Assembly: GCA_050184115.1 (NCBI GenBank)
Contig: JBFXAQ010000002.1
Coordinates: forward strand, 81,290-145,289
Direction: 5' to 3'
DNA from: Gammaproteobacteria bacterium
GTDB taxonomy: Bacteria > Pseudomonadota > Gammaproteobacteria > Ga0077536
DNA length: 64,000 bases
Position 1 is the first letter of the stretch. Each line of letters opens with the position of its first letter. Below, in pieces: positions 50,965 through 63,170 of the stretch. The notes beneath the pieces are model-generated. The model did not search any database, had not been told where the DNA came from, and saw only the letters and a program-made list of their open reading frames with translations. The position numbers and the translations under genes are program-made.

Positions 50965-53114
50965 GCGCGCTGCAGCCAGACGCAGGCGAGCGGCGGCAGG
51001 GTCAGCTCGATCGACCAGGCAGCGCCGTGCGCGGGCCGTGCCGCGGCGACGAGCCCGTCGCCGTTACCGACATCCGAACCGCCGTAGAAGCGCGAGTCGG
51101 TATTGAGGATTTCGCGGTAGGCGCCGGGCGCGGGGACGCCGAGCCGGTAGCCCTTGCGCACCACCGGCGTGAAGTTGCACAGCGCGATGACGACGGCATC
51201 GTCGGCGCCGCCGTGACGGCGGAAGGCGAGGACGCTGCTGGCGGCATCGTCGCAGTCGATCCAGGCGAAGCCCTCGGGCGCGGCATCGTTGGCGTGCAAT
51301 GCCGGCAGCTCGCGGTAGAGGCGGTTGAGGTCGCCGACCAGGCGGGCGACGCCGGCATGCTCGGGCGCGGCCGCGGCCTGCCAGTCCAGTTCGCCGTCGT
51401 GGTGCCACTCGGCCGGCTGGGCGAACTCGCCGCCCATGAAGAGCAGCTTCTTGCCGGGGTGCGCCCACATGAAGGCATAGTAGAGCCGGAGATTGGCGAA
51501 TTGCTGCCAGCGATCGCCCGGCATCTTGCCGATCAGCGAGCCCTTACCATGCACCACTTCGTCGTGCGACAGGGGCAGCACGAAACGCTCGCTGAACGCA
51601 TAGAGCAGGCCGAAGGTCAGCTCGTCGTGGTGATAGCGGCGGTGCACGGGTTCGCGGTGCAGGTAGGCCAGGGTGTCGTGCATCCAGCCCATGTTCCACT
51701 TGTAGGCGAAGCCGAGCCCGCCCTCGCCCACCGCGCGCGACACCCCGGGCCAGGCGGTCGACTCCTCGGCGATGGTCAGGGCGCCGGGATGTCGTTCGGC
51801 GACCGCCGCGTTGAGGCGTTCGATGAAGGCCACGGCCTCGAGGTTCTCGCGCCCGCCGTGGCGGTTGGGGATCCACTCGCCGGGTGCCCGGCTGTAGTCG
51901 AGGTAGAGCATCGACGCCACCGCGTCGACGCGCAGGCCGTCGACGCCGTAGCACTCGAGCCAGAACAGGGCGTTGGCGATGAGGAAATTGGCGACCTCGT
52001 GGCGACCGTAGTTATAGATGAGCGTGTCCCAGTCGCGGTGCACGCCCTGGCGCGGGTCGGCGTGCTCGTAGAGGCAGGTGCCGTCGAAGTTGGCGAGCCC
52101 GTGGTCGTCGTCGGGGAAATGCCCCGGCACCCAGTCGAGCAGCACGCCGAGCCCGGCTTCGTGGCAGCCGGCGACGAAGCGCGCGAAGCCGGCGCCATCG
52201 CCGTGACGGGCGGTCGGCGCGTAGAGCCCGGTCGGCTGGTAGCCCCAGGAACCGTCGAAGGGATGCTCCATCACGGGCAGCAGCTCGACATGGGTGAAAC
52301 CGAGGGCGCTGGCGTAGGGTATGAGCCGCGCGGCAAGGGCATCCCAGTCGAGCATGCCGCCGTGCTCGTCGCGTTGCCACGAACCCGCGTGGACTTCGTA
52401 GATCGACAGCGGCCGGTCGGGGTCGGCGCTCGCCGCCAACGGTGGCGGGGCCTGCGGCAGGTCGGCGACGATCGAGGCGGTCGCGGGGCGCAATTCGGCC
52501 GCGAAAGCGAGCGGATCGGCCTTGAGGGTGCGCCGCCCATCGCCGGCCAGTACTTCGTACTTGTAGCGCGCACCGACACCGACCGCGGGGATGAAGAGTT
52601 CCCACACGCCGCATTCCGGCCGCCGCCGCATCGGGTGGTGGCGGGCGTCCCAGTGGTTGAAATCACCGACGACGGCAACGCGCCTGGCAGCCGGCGCCCA
52701 CACCGCGAAGCGGCAGCCGGTGACGCCGTCGCGGCAGTCGGGATGCGCGCCGAGTACCTGCCACAGGGCGAAGTGACGGCCCTCGGCTATGAACCAGGCG
52801 TCGAGTTCGCCAAGCAGCGGGCCGAAGCGGTAGGGGTCGTCTTCGACCACCGTGGTATCGCCGTAGCGGACCTGCAGGCGATAGCGCGTGGTCACCGCGA
52901 GATCGGCGACCGCACCGTGGAAGACCCCGGCCGGATGTATGCGATCGAGCGCTGCGAGTGGAGCATCGCCGGCATCCAGCACCGTGACGGCAGCGGCGCC
53001 CGGGCGCAGGGTTGTCACGGTGACCACTTCACCGCGACGGTGACAACCGCGCACGGCAAAAGGATCGGCATCGCGCGCCGCGACCAGCGCGTCGATGTCT
53101 GTCCTGCCGAGCAT
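50958..53114 (-). CDS. glgB: 1,4-alpha-glucan branching enzyme
   Basis: GH13 branching enzyme (…DWVPGHF…, …[10 protein letters not shown]…, …EESTAWP…). 718 aa. Confidence 0.9.
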   Translation of the reverse strand: MLGRTDIDALVAARDADPFAVRGCHRRGEVVTVTTLRPGAAAVTVLDAGDAPLAALDRIHPAGVFHGAVADLAVTTRYRLQVRYGDTTVVEDDPYRFGPLLGELDAWFIAEGRHFALWQVLGAHPDCRDGVTGCRFAVWAPAARRVAVVGDFNHWDARHHPMRRRPECGVWELFIPAVGVGARYKYEVLAGDGRRTLKADPLAFAAELRPATASIVADLPQAPPPLAASADPDRPLSIYEVHAGSWQRDEHGGMLDWDALAARLIPYASALGFTHVELLPVMEHPFDGSWGYQPTGLYAPTARHGDGAGFARFVAGCHEAGLGVLLDWVPGHFPDDDHGLANFDGTCLYEHADPRQGVHRDWDTLIYNYGRHEVANFLIANALFWLECYGVDGLRVDAVASMLYLDYSRAPGEWIPNRHGGRENLEAVAFIERLNAAVAERHPGALTIAEESTAWPGVSRAVGEGGLGFAYKWNMGWMHDTLAYLHREPVHRRYHHDELTFGLLYAFSERFVLPLSHDEVVHGKGSLIGKMPGDRWQQFANLRLYYAFMWAHPGKKLLFMGGEFAQPAEWHHDGELDWQAAAAPEHAGVARLVGDLNRLYRELPALHANDAAPEGFAWIDCDDAASSVLAFRRHGGADDAVVIALCNFTPVVRKGYRLGVPAPGAYREILNTDSRFYGGSDVGNGDGLVAAARPAHGAAWSIELTLPPLACVWLQRAC

Positions 53115-53143
53115 GCCGTCCTGCGCGAGCGCCCCGCCGCGCC

Positions 53144-55588
<2,445 letters not shown>

Positions 55589-55630
55589 CACATTCGCTCC
55601 TCGTGCGCGTTGCAATGTGCCGCCGGCGCG

Positions 55631-57073
55631 TCAGGCCGGTGACACGGTATCGGCCTGCGGCCGCAGTTCCCGGTACAGCGCGAGATAACGCGCGGCCGCT
55701 CGCGCCCAGCCGAAATCGGCACGCATGGCGCGCGCCTGCATGGCCCGCCAGCGCGCCGGTTCGTCCCAGGCTTGCAAGAGCTGCGCCAGCGCTCCCGCCA
55801 GCGCGTCGACCGTGGCGGCATCGAAGACGAAACCGCTGCCCACGTCCCCGCCCTGCACGGTATCGGCCAGCCCACCCGTACGCCTGACCAGCGGCAGCGC
55901 GCCGTAGAGCATGGCATACATCTGCGTCAGCCCGCAGGGCTCGAAACGCGATGGCACGGCGATCGCGTCGGCGCCGGCGAACAGTCGGTGGGCATAGGCC
56001 TCGTCGTAGCCCAGGCGCACCGAAACGGTGCCGGGGTGGGCACTGGCGAGCGCCTGCCAGGCAGCCTCCTCGGCCGCGTCGCCGCTGCCGAGCAGGACCA
56101 GGCGGCCGTCCGCGGCGAGCAGTGGCGCAACAGCCGCTCGCAACAGATCGAGTCCTTTCTGCGCGGTCAGACGGCTGACCACGCCGAGCACCGGGCCGGC
56201 GGCGTCCGCGCGCAACCCGGCCTCGGCCAACAGCGCTGCCCGGCAGGTCGCCTTGCCGGCGACCTCGTCCGGCGCGAACGGCGCAGCCAACGCGTCGTCG
56301 TGTGCCGGGTCCCACACCCGCGTATCGATACCGTTGAGTATGCCGACCAGCGCACCGGCGCGCGCCCGCAGGATGCCTTCCATGCCACAACCGAACTCGG
56401 CGGTCTGGATCTCGCCGGCATAGGTCGGGCTGACGGTGGTGATGCGATCGGCGAAATGCAGCCCCGCCTTCATGAAGTTGACGCCGCCGTGGTACTCGAC
56501 GCCGTCGATGGCGAAGAAGTGCTGCGGCAGGCGCAGCGACGGGAACACCTCGGCCTCGAAATGCCCCTGGTAGCTCAGGTTGTGCACGGTGAAGACGCTG
56601 GCCGGACGGTCGCCGCCACGGGCGGCGAGGTAGGTCGGGGCCAGCGCGGCGTGCCAGTCGTGGGCGTGGACCACGTGCGGCCGCCAGCGCCCGATGCCGC
56701 CGTCGGCGAAACGCGCCGCGACCAATCCCAGCAAAGCGAAACGCTGGGCGTTGTCCGGCCAGTCGTGACCGTCTGCGTCGAGATAGGGGTTGCCCGCGCG
56801 GTCGTAGTAACCGGGCGCGTCGATCAGCCACGTCGGCACATCACCGAGGCGGCAAGGCACGACGCCGACATCGGCACAGCCGAGCAGTGCGCCGAGCGCG
56901 ATGCGACGCCGCGGCGCCCGCGCCGCGGTCAGCAGCGCGGGGAAGGCCGGTAGCAGCAGGCGGACGTCGGCGCCCAAGCCGCGCAGGGCCGGCGGCAGGC
57001 CGGCATTGACGTCGGCCAGCCCGCCCGTCTTCAGCGCAGGGTGCACCTCGGTGCTGACATAGAGCACGCGCAT
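55631..57073 (-). CDS. glgA: Glycogen synthase
   Basis: GT5: MRVLYVSTEVHPALKTGGLADV…. 480 aa. Confidence 0.9.
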   Translation of the reverse strand: MRVLYVSTEVHPALKTGGLADVNAGLPPALRGLGADVRLLLPAFPALLTAARAPRRRIALGALLGCADVGVVPCRLGDVPTWLIDAPGYYDRAGNPYLDADGHDWPDNAQRFALLGLVAARFADGGIGRWRPHVVHAHDWHAALAPTYLAARGGDRPASVFTVHNLSYQGHFEAEVFPSLRLPQHFFAIDGVEYHGGVNFMKAGLHFADRITTVSPTYAGEIQTAEFGCGMEGILRARAGALVGILNGIDTRVWDPAHDDALAAPFAPDEVAGKATCRAALLAEAGLRADAAGPVLGVVSRLTAQKGLDLLRAAVAPLLAADGRLVLLGSGDAAEEAAWQALASAHPGTVSVRLGYDEAYAHRLFAGADAIAVPSRFEPCGLTQMYAMLYGALPLVRRTGGLADTVQGGDVGSGFVFDAATVDALAGALAQLLQAWDEPARWRAMQARAMRADFGWARAAARYLALYRELRPQADTVSPA

Positions 57074-57091
57074 GGTGGCGGGATGGCGCGC

Positions 57092-58366
57092 TCAACCGCC
57101 GGTCAGGCGGTCGATCATGTCCTGGGTGACCAGCGTGATGCCCTGTTCGCTGACGTGGAAGCGTTCGGTGTCGAGGGCCGGGTCCTCCCCGATGACCAGT
57201 CCTTCGGGGATGCGTACGCCGCGATCGACCACCACGCGCGTCAGCCGTGCATGGCGACCGACATCGACCTCGGGCAGCAGTACCGCGCCGTCGATATGAC
57301 AGAACGAATTGACCCGCACCTTGGAGAACAGCACCGAGCGGGCGACGCGCGATCCCGACACGATGCAGCCGCCGGAGACGATCGAATCCACCGCCATGCC
57401 CCGTCGCTCCGCGTCGTCGAAGACGAACTTGGCCGGCGGCAGCTGTTCCTGGTAGGTCCAGATCGGCCAGTACGGGTCGTACATGTCGAGCGCGGGTTCG
57501 GGCATGGTGAGATCGATGTTGGCCGCCCAGTAGGAATCGATCGTGCCGACGTCGCGCCAGTAGGCTTCGCCGGAACCGTCCGGCGGGATCACGCTGGACA
57601 GCTCGAACGGATGCGCGCAGGCGAGCCGCTGACGCACCACCTCGGGAATGATGTCCTTGCCGAAATCGTGGCTGGAGGCGGGGTTCTGGATGTCCTGCTC
57701 GAGCAGGTCGAAGAGGAAGCCCGTATTGAAGACGTAGATGCCCATCGAGGCCAGCGCGCGATCGGGCTTGCCCGGCATGGCCGGCGGGTCGGCCGGCTTC
57801 TCGACGAAATCGATGATCTGGTGCGAGCGGTCGACGTGCATGACGCCGAAGCCGCGCGCCTCCTCGCGCGGTACCTCGATGCAGCCGACCGTGCACTGCG
57901 CACCGTGATCGACGTGGAATTGCAGCAAGCGGCTGTAATCCATCTTGTAGATATGGTCGCCGGCCAGGACCACGATGAAGTCCGACTGGTGGTCGTTGAC
58001 GATGTCGATGTTCTGGTAGACGGCGTCGGCCGTGCCGCGGTACCAGGATTCGTCGCGCGTGCGCTGCTGCGCCGGCATCAGCTCGACGAACTCGTTGGCC
58101 TCCCAGCGCAGGAAGCTCCAGCCGCGCTGCAGGTGGCGCAGCAGGCTGTGCGATTTGTACTGGGTGATGACGCCGATGCGCCGGATGCCGGAATTGATGC
58201 AATTCGACAGGGTGAAGTCGATGATGCGGAACTTGCCACCGAAATAGAGCGCGGGCTTGGTGCGCCAGGCAGTGAGATCGCGCAGGCGCGTCCCGCGGCC
58301 ACCGGCGAGGACCAGGGCCACGGCGCGACGCGGCAGGGGCAGACGGGTGAAACTGTCTCGGGTCAA
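57092..58366 (-). CDS. glgC: Glucose-1-phosphate adenylyltransferase
   Basis: …[11 protein letters not shown]…, PAKFVFDD. 424 aa. Apparent TTG start with GGAGAC 5 nt upstream. First gene of the glg operon. Confidence 0.9.
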   Translation of the reverse strand: MTRDSFTRLPLPRRAVALVLAGGRGTRLRDLTAWRTKPALYFGGKFRIIDFTLSNCINSGIRRIGVITQYKSHSLLRHLQRGWSFLRWEANEFVELMPAQQRTRDESWYRGTADAVYQNIDIVNDHQSDFIVVLAGDHIYKMDYSRLLQFHVDHGAQCTVGCIEVPREEARGFGVMHVDRSHQIIDFVEKPADPPAMPGKPDRALASMGIYVFNTGFLFDLLEQDIQNPASSHDFGKDIIPEVVRQRLACAHPFELSSVIPPDGSGEAYWRDVGTIDSYWAANIDLTMPEPALDMYDPYWPIWTYQEQLPPAKFVFDDAERRGMAVDSIVSGGCIVSGSRVARSVLFSKVRVNSFCHIDGAVLLPEVDVGRHARLTRVVVDRGVRIPEGLVIGEDPALDTERFHVSEQGITLVTQDMIDRLTGG

Positions 58367-58480
58367 GTCAGCGAGTCTCCGGGAGCGCGGATGCCGCGCG
58401 GGTTGCGCGACGACGCGAGGAGATTACCAGCTCACCCGGTGACGCGCGCGATCCCGATCAAGCCGCGCGGCCGGACGTAC

Positions 58481-58774
58481 TCACTCGCAGAACGTGTCGT
58501 AGAGGAAACCCATCAGGCGGCTCAAGCGTCCGCTCGGCAGGACGTAGTAGATGGTCTGGCCGTCGCGCCGTGTCTGCACCAACCCTTCGCGCCGCAGGAG
58601 AGCAAGCTGCTGGGAGATGTTGGGTTGGGACTGGCCGAGGCGTTGGGCGAGTTCGCCGACCGATTTCTCACCGTCGACCAGCTGGCACAACAGCAACAAG
58701 CGGGTGCGATGGGACAGCGTCTTCATGAGCGCCGCGACCTCGTCCGCACGCCCTTCCATGTCTTTTATATTCAT
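58481..58774 (-). CDS. ArsR/SmtB-family transcriptional regulator (BigR/SqrR-like position)
   Basis: 97 aa winged HTH (…LSHRTRLLLLCQLVDGEKSVGELAQRLGQSQPNISQQLALLRREGLV…) with a Cys in the alpha2 region. Divergent from the MBL-fold gene. Coordinates taken from the ORF track. Confidence 0.8.
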   Translation of the reverse strand: MNIKDMEGRADEVAALMKTLSHRTRLLLLCQLVDGEKSVGELAQRLGQSQPNISQQLALLRREGLVQTRRDGQTIYYVLPSGRLSRLMGFLYDTFCE

Positions 58775-58865
58775 GAGTCAATATATAAGTATAATTACAT
58801 ATACAGGTCAACCAGGCGCGCGGGTATGCTCGTCCCATACCGTTGGCGCAGGAAGGAGCAAGTCC
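58775..58865. promoter_or_regulatory. Divergent promoter/operator region between the ArsR-family regulator and the MBL-fold hydrolase. Contains an AT-rich imperfect dyad (…CAATATATAAGTATAATTACATATACAG…).
   Basis: A 25-nt AT-only stretch in an otherwise 70% GC context, with dyad symmetry (TATATAAG / TACATATA) centred on TATAAT. Strong AGGAAGGAG RBS for the hydrolase. Confidence 0.5.
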
Positions 58866-59729
58866 ATGAACCCCGAAGTCCGAGGCTTTTTCGACAAGGC
58901 CACCTACACCATCAGCTACGTCGTCAGCGACCCGGCAACGGGCCACGCCGCGATCGTCGATTCCGTGCTCGACTTCGATCCGAAGTCCGGGCGTACCAGC
59001 ACGGCCTCGGCCGACGAACTCATCGCCTACATCCGCGATCGCCACCTCACGGTGGACTGGATCCTGGAGACCCACGCCCACGCCGACCACCTCTCCGCCG
59101 CACCCTACCTCAAGGATACCGTCGGCGGGCAGGTCGCCATCGGCGAGCACATCAAGACCGTGCAGGAGACGTTCAAGGGCGTGTTCAACGAGGACGACCG
59201 CTTCAAGACCGACGGCTCGCAGTTCGATCGCCTGTTTGCCGACGGCGACACCTTCGCGATCGGCAAGCTCGAGGCGCGCGTGCTGCACACGCCCGGCCAC
59301 ACCCCGGCCTGCATCAGTTATCTCATCGGCGATGCCCTGTTCGTCGGCGACACCCTGTTCATGCCCGATTACGGCACGGCGCGCTGCGACTTCCCCGGCG
59401 GCGATCCGGCCGTGCTCTACCGTTCGATCAAGAAGCTGTTCGAACTGCCGGACGAGACGCGCATGTTCATGTGCCACGACTACATGTCGCCTACCCGCGA
59501 TTTCCACGCCTGGGAGACCAGCGTTGGCGAGGAGCGCCGCCACAACGTGCACGTCCACGAGGGCATCGGCGAAGACGATTTCGTGAAGGTACGCACCGCA
59601 CGCGACAAGACCCTTGACATGCCGGTGCTGATCCTGCCCTCGGTGCAGGTCAACATGCGCGCCGGCCACAAGCCGCCGCCGGAAGAAAACGGCGTGTCCT
59701 ACCTCAAGCTGCCGATGGACCTGCTCTGA
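58866..59729 (+). CDS. MBL-fold metallo-hydrolase (Blh/persulfide-dioxygenase-like)
   Basis: 287 aa. HxHxDH (ETHAHADH), …HTPGHTPACISY…. The classic partner of BigR-type ArsR regulators. Confidence 0.8.
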   Translation: MNPEVRGFFDKATYTISYVVSDPATGHAAIVDSVLDFDPKSGRTSTASADELIAYIRDRHLTVDWILETHAHADHLSAAPYLKDTVGGQVAIGEHIKTVQETFKGVFNEDDRFKTDGSQFDRLFADGDTFAIGKLEARVLHTPGHTPACISYLIGDALFVGDTLFMPDYGTARCDFPGGDPAVLYRSIKKLFELPDETRMFMCHDYMSPTRDFHAWETSVGEERRHNVHVHEGIGEDDFVKVRTARDKTLDMPVLILPSVQVNMRAGHKPPPEENGVSYLKLPMDLL

Positions 59730-59923
59730 CCGGCAGTCCCCCGCCGCGGCCCCCGGAGACCTCCCCTCCCCCTCCCCGCCGGGGGCCGCGGCGCCCCTCG
59801 ACAGGCGCGCGCGATGCTGGCGGCGACCCCGCCAGGCCGCCCGAGGAACGCGGACGGACACGGCCGAATGGGCCCGCACGCTAGACTGTGGCTCCCGCAG
59901 CAGGTATCCCTGGGAGTGTCACG

Positions 59924-60637
59924 ATGACCTATCCGCCGGTATATCCTCACGACCCGATCCAATCCGTCGCGCATGACGTCTTCGTCGTCCGTGGTGCGAT
60001 CCGCATGAACGCGCTCATGCGCATCACCCGCAACATGGTCGTCCTGCGCCATGGCGCGGAACTCACGCTGGTCAATCCACTGCGCCTGGACGCGGCCGGC
60101 GAGCGCGCCCTGCGCGAACTCGGCACGGTGCGACGGGTGATGCGCCTCGGCTGCTTCCACGGCATCGACGATCCCTACTACGTGGATACCTTCAAAGCCG
60201 AGTTCTGGGCCCAGCCGGGCGGCACCGTGCACCCGCGGCCGCCCATCGACCAAGCCCTCGCCGAGGACGTCACCCTGCCCTTCGCGGGAGCCCGCCTGTT
60301 CTGTTTCCGCGGTACGCCGCAGCCGGAGGCGGCGTTGCTGATCGAAGGCCCGCGCCTGCTTCTCACCACCGATGCCATCCAGCATTACGGCGACTATCGT
60401 CACAACAACCTGCCGGCCAGGATGGTGATGCCGTTCATCGGTTTCCCACGCACCACCATCGTCGGCCCGATGTGGCTGAAGGCGATGACCCCGCCCGGCG
60501 GGTCGTTGGAGGGTGAGTTCCGCCGCTTGCTCGAGTTCGACTTCGACGCCCTGGTCGCCGCCCACGGCAGCCATCTCGCCAGCGGCGCCCGCGCAGCCGT
60601 TGCCCGCGCCGTCGAACGGGCCTTCGCCGGGCGGTGA
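59924..60637 (+). CDS. Hypothetical protein (DUF4336-like, possibly a distant MBL-fold relative)
   Basis: ORF with an ATG preceded by GGGAG. No catalytic motif recognised with confidence. Confidence 0.5.
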   Translation: MTYPPVYPHDPIQSVAHDVFVVRGAIRMNALMRITRNMVVLRHGAELTLVNPLRLDAAGERALRELGTVRRVMRLGCFHGIDDPYYVDTFKAEFWAQPGGTVHPRPPIDQALAEDVTLPFAGARLFCFRGTPQPEAALLIEGPRLLLTTDAIQHYGDYRHNNLPARMVMPFIGFPRTTIVGPMWLKAMTPPGGSLEGEFRRLLEFDFDALVAAHGSHLASGARAAVARAVERAFAGR

Positions 60638-60768
60638 GTGGCACCGATGATGCTCGCGCCGTGCCCACGTCGTGCCGGAGGGCGTGTTCTCCGGCATGCG
60701 CATGGCCACCCGTTGCGGTCCACGGCAGGACCGGCGGCGTCTCCCCGGCCTGACGGCCCGTATCGCGC

Positions 60769-61434
60769 GTGGAATTCGGCGCCAGCCTGCTGACCCTGCC
60801 GTGGGCCGTACCCGGCTGGGTGGCCTGCCTGCTCTGCGCGTCGTATGCCACGTGGCGCGCGCCGTGGCGCTGGCTCGGCCGCGGCAATGCCGCCCTGCGT
60901 CTCGCCACGGCCATCACGGCAGTGGTCGCGTTGTGGCAGATCCGCGCCGCGCCCGGGGGCGAACCCGCCTTTCACCTGCTCGGCGCGACCCTCGTCACCC
61001 TCGCCTTCGGCTGGGCACTGGCGCTGCTGGCACTGCTTGGCGCGCTGGCCGTGCTGACGGCTGCCAAGACCGGGGCCTGGGCTGCCTGGGGCATGAACGG
61101 TGTCGTGCTGGTGGTACTCCCGGTCGCGGTCAGCTACGTGTGGGCACGCCTCGGCGAACGCTGTTTCCCCCGTCACTTCTTCGTCTACGTCTTCTCGGCC
61201 GGCTTCCTCGGCGGCGCGCTGGCCGTGCTCGCCAATGCGATTGCCGCCGGACTCGTGTTGTATGCCGCGGGCGAGATGTCGCGCAGCGCGCTGACGGCCA
61301 ACTACCTGCCGACCGCCGTCTTGCTGCTGTTCCCCGAGGCCTTCGTCACCGGCGGCGCGGTGACCCTGGCCGCGGTCTACCGCCCGGAGTGGCTCGCTTC
61401 GTTCAGCGATGCACGATACGTCGACGGCCAATGA
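60769..61434 (+). CDS. Hypothetical integral membrane protein (about 6 predicted TM helices)
   Basis: Hydrophobic Ala/Leu-rich segments throughout. The only in-frame start is a GTG. No family recognised. Confidence 0.45.
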   Translation: MEFGASLLTLPWAVPGWVACLLCASYATWRAPWRWLGRGNAALRLATAITAVVALWQIRAAPGGEPAFHLLGATLVTLAFGWALALLALLGALAVLTAAKTGAWAAWGMNGVVLVVLPVAVSYVWARLGERCFPRHFFVYVFSAGFLGGALAVLANAIAAGLVLYAAGEMSRSALTANYLPTAVLLLFPEAFVTGGAVTLAAVYRPEWLASFSDARYVDGQ

Positions 61435-61439
61435 GACCG

Positions 61440-61610
61440 CGCGCCGGGGTCAGACCCTGAGCGCCAGGTGACTGATTTCGCGCGCCGTGCCCCCGCCCCC
61501 GGGGTCTGACCCTGGGGAAAACAGGAACGGGCATGGAATCAACCGGTTAACGCCTGGGGTCTGACCCCGCGCCGCGAACGCCTGGGGTCTGACCCCGCGC
61601 CGCGGGCGGC
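61440..61610. repeat. Cluster of REP-like palindromic units GGGGTC-N-GACCCC in both orientations (four copies), including a perfect tandem duplication of a 28-nt unit (AACGCCTGGGGTCTGACCCCGCGCCGCG x2)
   Basis: Read directly. Lies in the convergent intergenic region between the membrane-protein gene and the SDR gene. Coordinates are approximate within a few nt. Confidence 0.55.
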
Positions 61611-61615
61611 GCGGC

Positions 61616-62398
61616 TCAGGCGCGCGCCGTCGAGCCGCCGTCGACGCAGAGCACGGTGCCGGTGCAGTAGGAAGCCTCGTCGGAGGCAAGGTAGAGGCAG
61701 GCGTAGGCCACTTCTTCCGGCGTTGCCGGCCGCCCCATGGGCGAGATGAGCTTGGGGTTCTCGGGCGAGAACAGCATGGGGATGACGCTCTCGACCATCT
61801 GGGTCTGCACGAAGCCGGGCGCGACCACGTTGCAGCGGATGTTGTCGTCGACGTACGCCACCGACATCGACCGGGTGAGGTTGATGATGGCGCCCTTGGT
61901 CGCTGTGTAGGTGTGCGCATCGGGCGCGCCGCCGAGACCGAAGATGCTGGCGACGTTGACGATCGAACCCTTGTGCGCCGCCTTCATGTGCTTCAGCGCG
62001 ATGCGGCTGACATAGAACAGGCTGTCGAGATTGAGCGCCATCACTTCGCGCCACTTGTCGACCGGGGTGGTGTCGATGGGATCCATCGAGCCTGCGCTGG
62101 TCTCGCGCAGGTTGTAGCCCACGCCAGCAGCGTTGAGCAGGATGTCGATGCGCCCGTAGCGGGTCACGCATTCGTTCACCGCGCCCTCGGCCAGCGCCGG
62201 CTCAGCGAGGTCGGCGCTGAACACGCTGCCCTGTCCACCGGCGGCTTCGACCTGGCGCAGCGTTTCATCCAGGTTGGCCTGGGTGCGCGAGACGCCGAAC
62301 ACCGTCGCCCCCTCGCGCGCGAACAGCACCATGCAGGCCCGGCCGATGCCGGTACCCGCGCCCGTGACCATGGCAATCTTGCCGTCGAGACGCCCCAT
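61616..62398 (-). CDS. Short-chain dehydrogenase/reductase (SDR) family oxidoreductase
   Basis: TGAGTGIG cofactor motif, NAAG, catalytic S…YxxxK (…YTATKGAI…). GGGGGAGAA RBS. Confidence 0.85.
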   Translation of the reverse strand: MGRLDGKIAMVTGAGTGIGRACMVLFAREGATVFGVSRTQANLDETLRQVEAAGGQGSVFSADLAEPALAEGAVNECVTRYGRIDILLNAAGVGYNLRETSAGSMDPIDTTPVDKWREVMALNLDSLFYVSRIALKHMKAAHKGSIVNVASIFGLGGAPDAHTYTATKGAIINLTRSMSVAYVDDNIRCNVVAPGFVQTQMVESVIPMLFSPENPKLISPMGRPATPEEVAYACLYLASDEASYCTGTVLCVDGGSTARA

Positions 62399-62552
62399 CA
62401 GTCGTTCTCCCCCGTCGTGTGCCGCGCTGAGAGCGGCGGATGATTCGCGAGCCGCGCCGCGGATCGGCGCAGCGGTGTTTCGTGCTGGCGGTCAGCGACC
62501 ACGGGCAGGCCCGCGTCCGTACGCGGCGAAGGATCTTGCCGCGGGCCGGGAC

Positions 62553-63158
62553 TCACTCCTCGCGCACGCGTCCGAGCACGCGCAGGAGATCCTCGTGCAA
62601 CTCGAACCACACGGTGTGGTAGCTGTCGAGGCGGGCATCCGAAACCCACTCGACGGCGCCGTCCTCGGCCTTCTCCAGCGCCTCGCCGAGCTTGCGCTTG
62701 TAGACGCCGAAACGGGCATCGCCACGGATCAAGGCGTCCAGCACCGGCTCGAACTTCTCGTGCAGGTCGCCGAGCTGGCCGATGACTTCCTCGTCGTAGT
62801 CCTTGTCGGAGTGGTCGTTGGCGACGGTCTTGCCGCCGAGTTCCATCGTCTGCCAGCGCGTGATGACCTGCTTGAGTTCGCGGTTGATGATCTCGAAGCG
62901 CTCGTAGGCGGCGACGAAATCGGCGTTCGCGCGCAGGCCGCCGCAGAAGCGCGAGTACTCGGCAGAGACGATCATCTGCCCGGCCGGGGTCAGCAGGTAC
63001 TTGCCGTCGACCTCGGCCAGGCGCCCGGCGGCGCAGGCGGCGCCGAGCGCGGCAGTGGCCGTGGCGGCCGGCAGGCCGGCGATCGCAGCGATGTCGGCGG
63101 CGCTGCCGTGCTTGCGGATCGCCGCGGCGTGCATGAGGAGATGCAGTTCGGTTGCCAT
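62553..63158 (-). CDS. Hypothetical protein (201 aa)
   Basis: ORF co-oriented with the SDR gene and lying between it and the upstream unknown gene. No recognised motifs. Confidence 0.45.
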   Translation of the reverse strand: MATELHLLMHAAAIRKHGSAADIAAIAGLPAATATAALGAACAAGRLAEVDGKYLLTPAGQMIVSAEYSRFCGGLRANADFVAAYERFEIINRELKQVITRWQTMELGGKTVANDHSDKDYDEEVIGQLGDLHEKFEPVLDALIRGDARFGVYKRKLGEALEKAEDGAVEWVSDARLDSYHTVWFELHEDLLRVLGRVREE

Positions 63159-63170
63159 GGTTCGCCCTCC

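Noticed and set aside
46773-51087. Long plus-strand ORFs (46773..48983 and 48913..51087)
   Set aside because: Antisense to malQ and glgX, whose translations are unambiguous GH77 and GH13 enzymes.
61549-61604. Tandem 28-nt direct repeat as a CRISPR array
   Set aside because: Only two immediately adjacent copies with no spacers and no cas genes nearby. Fits REP/BIME-type extragenic repeats instead.
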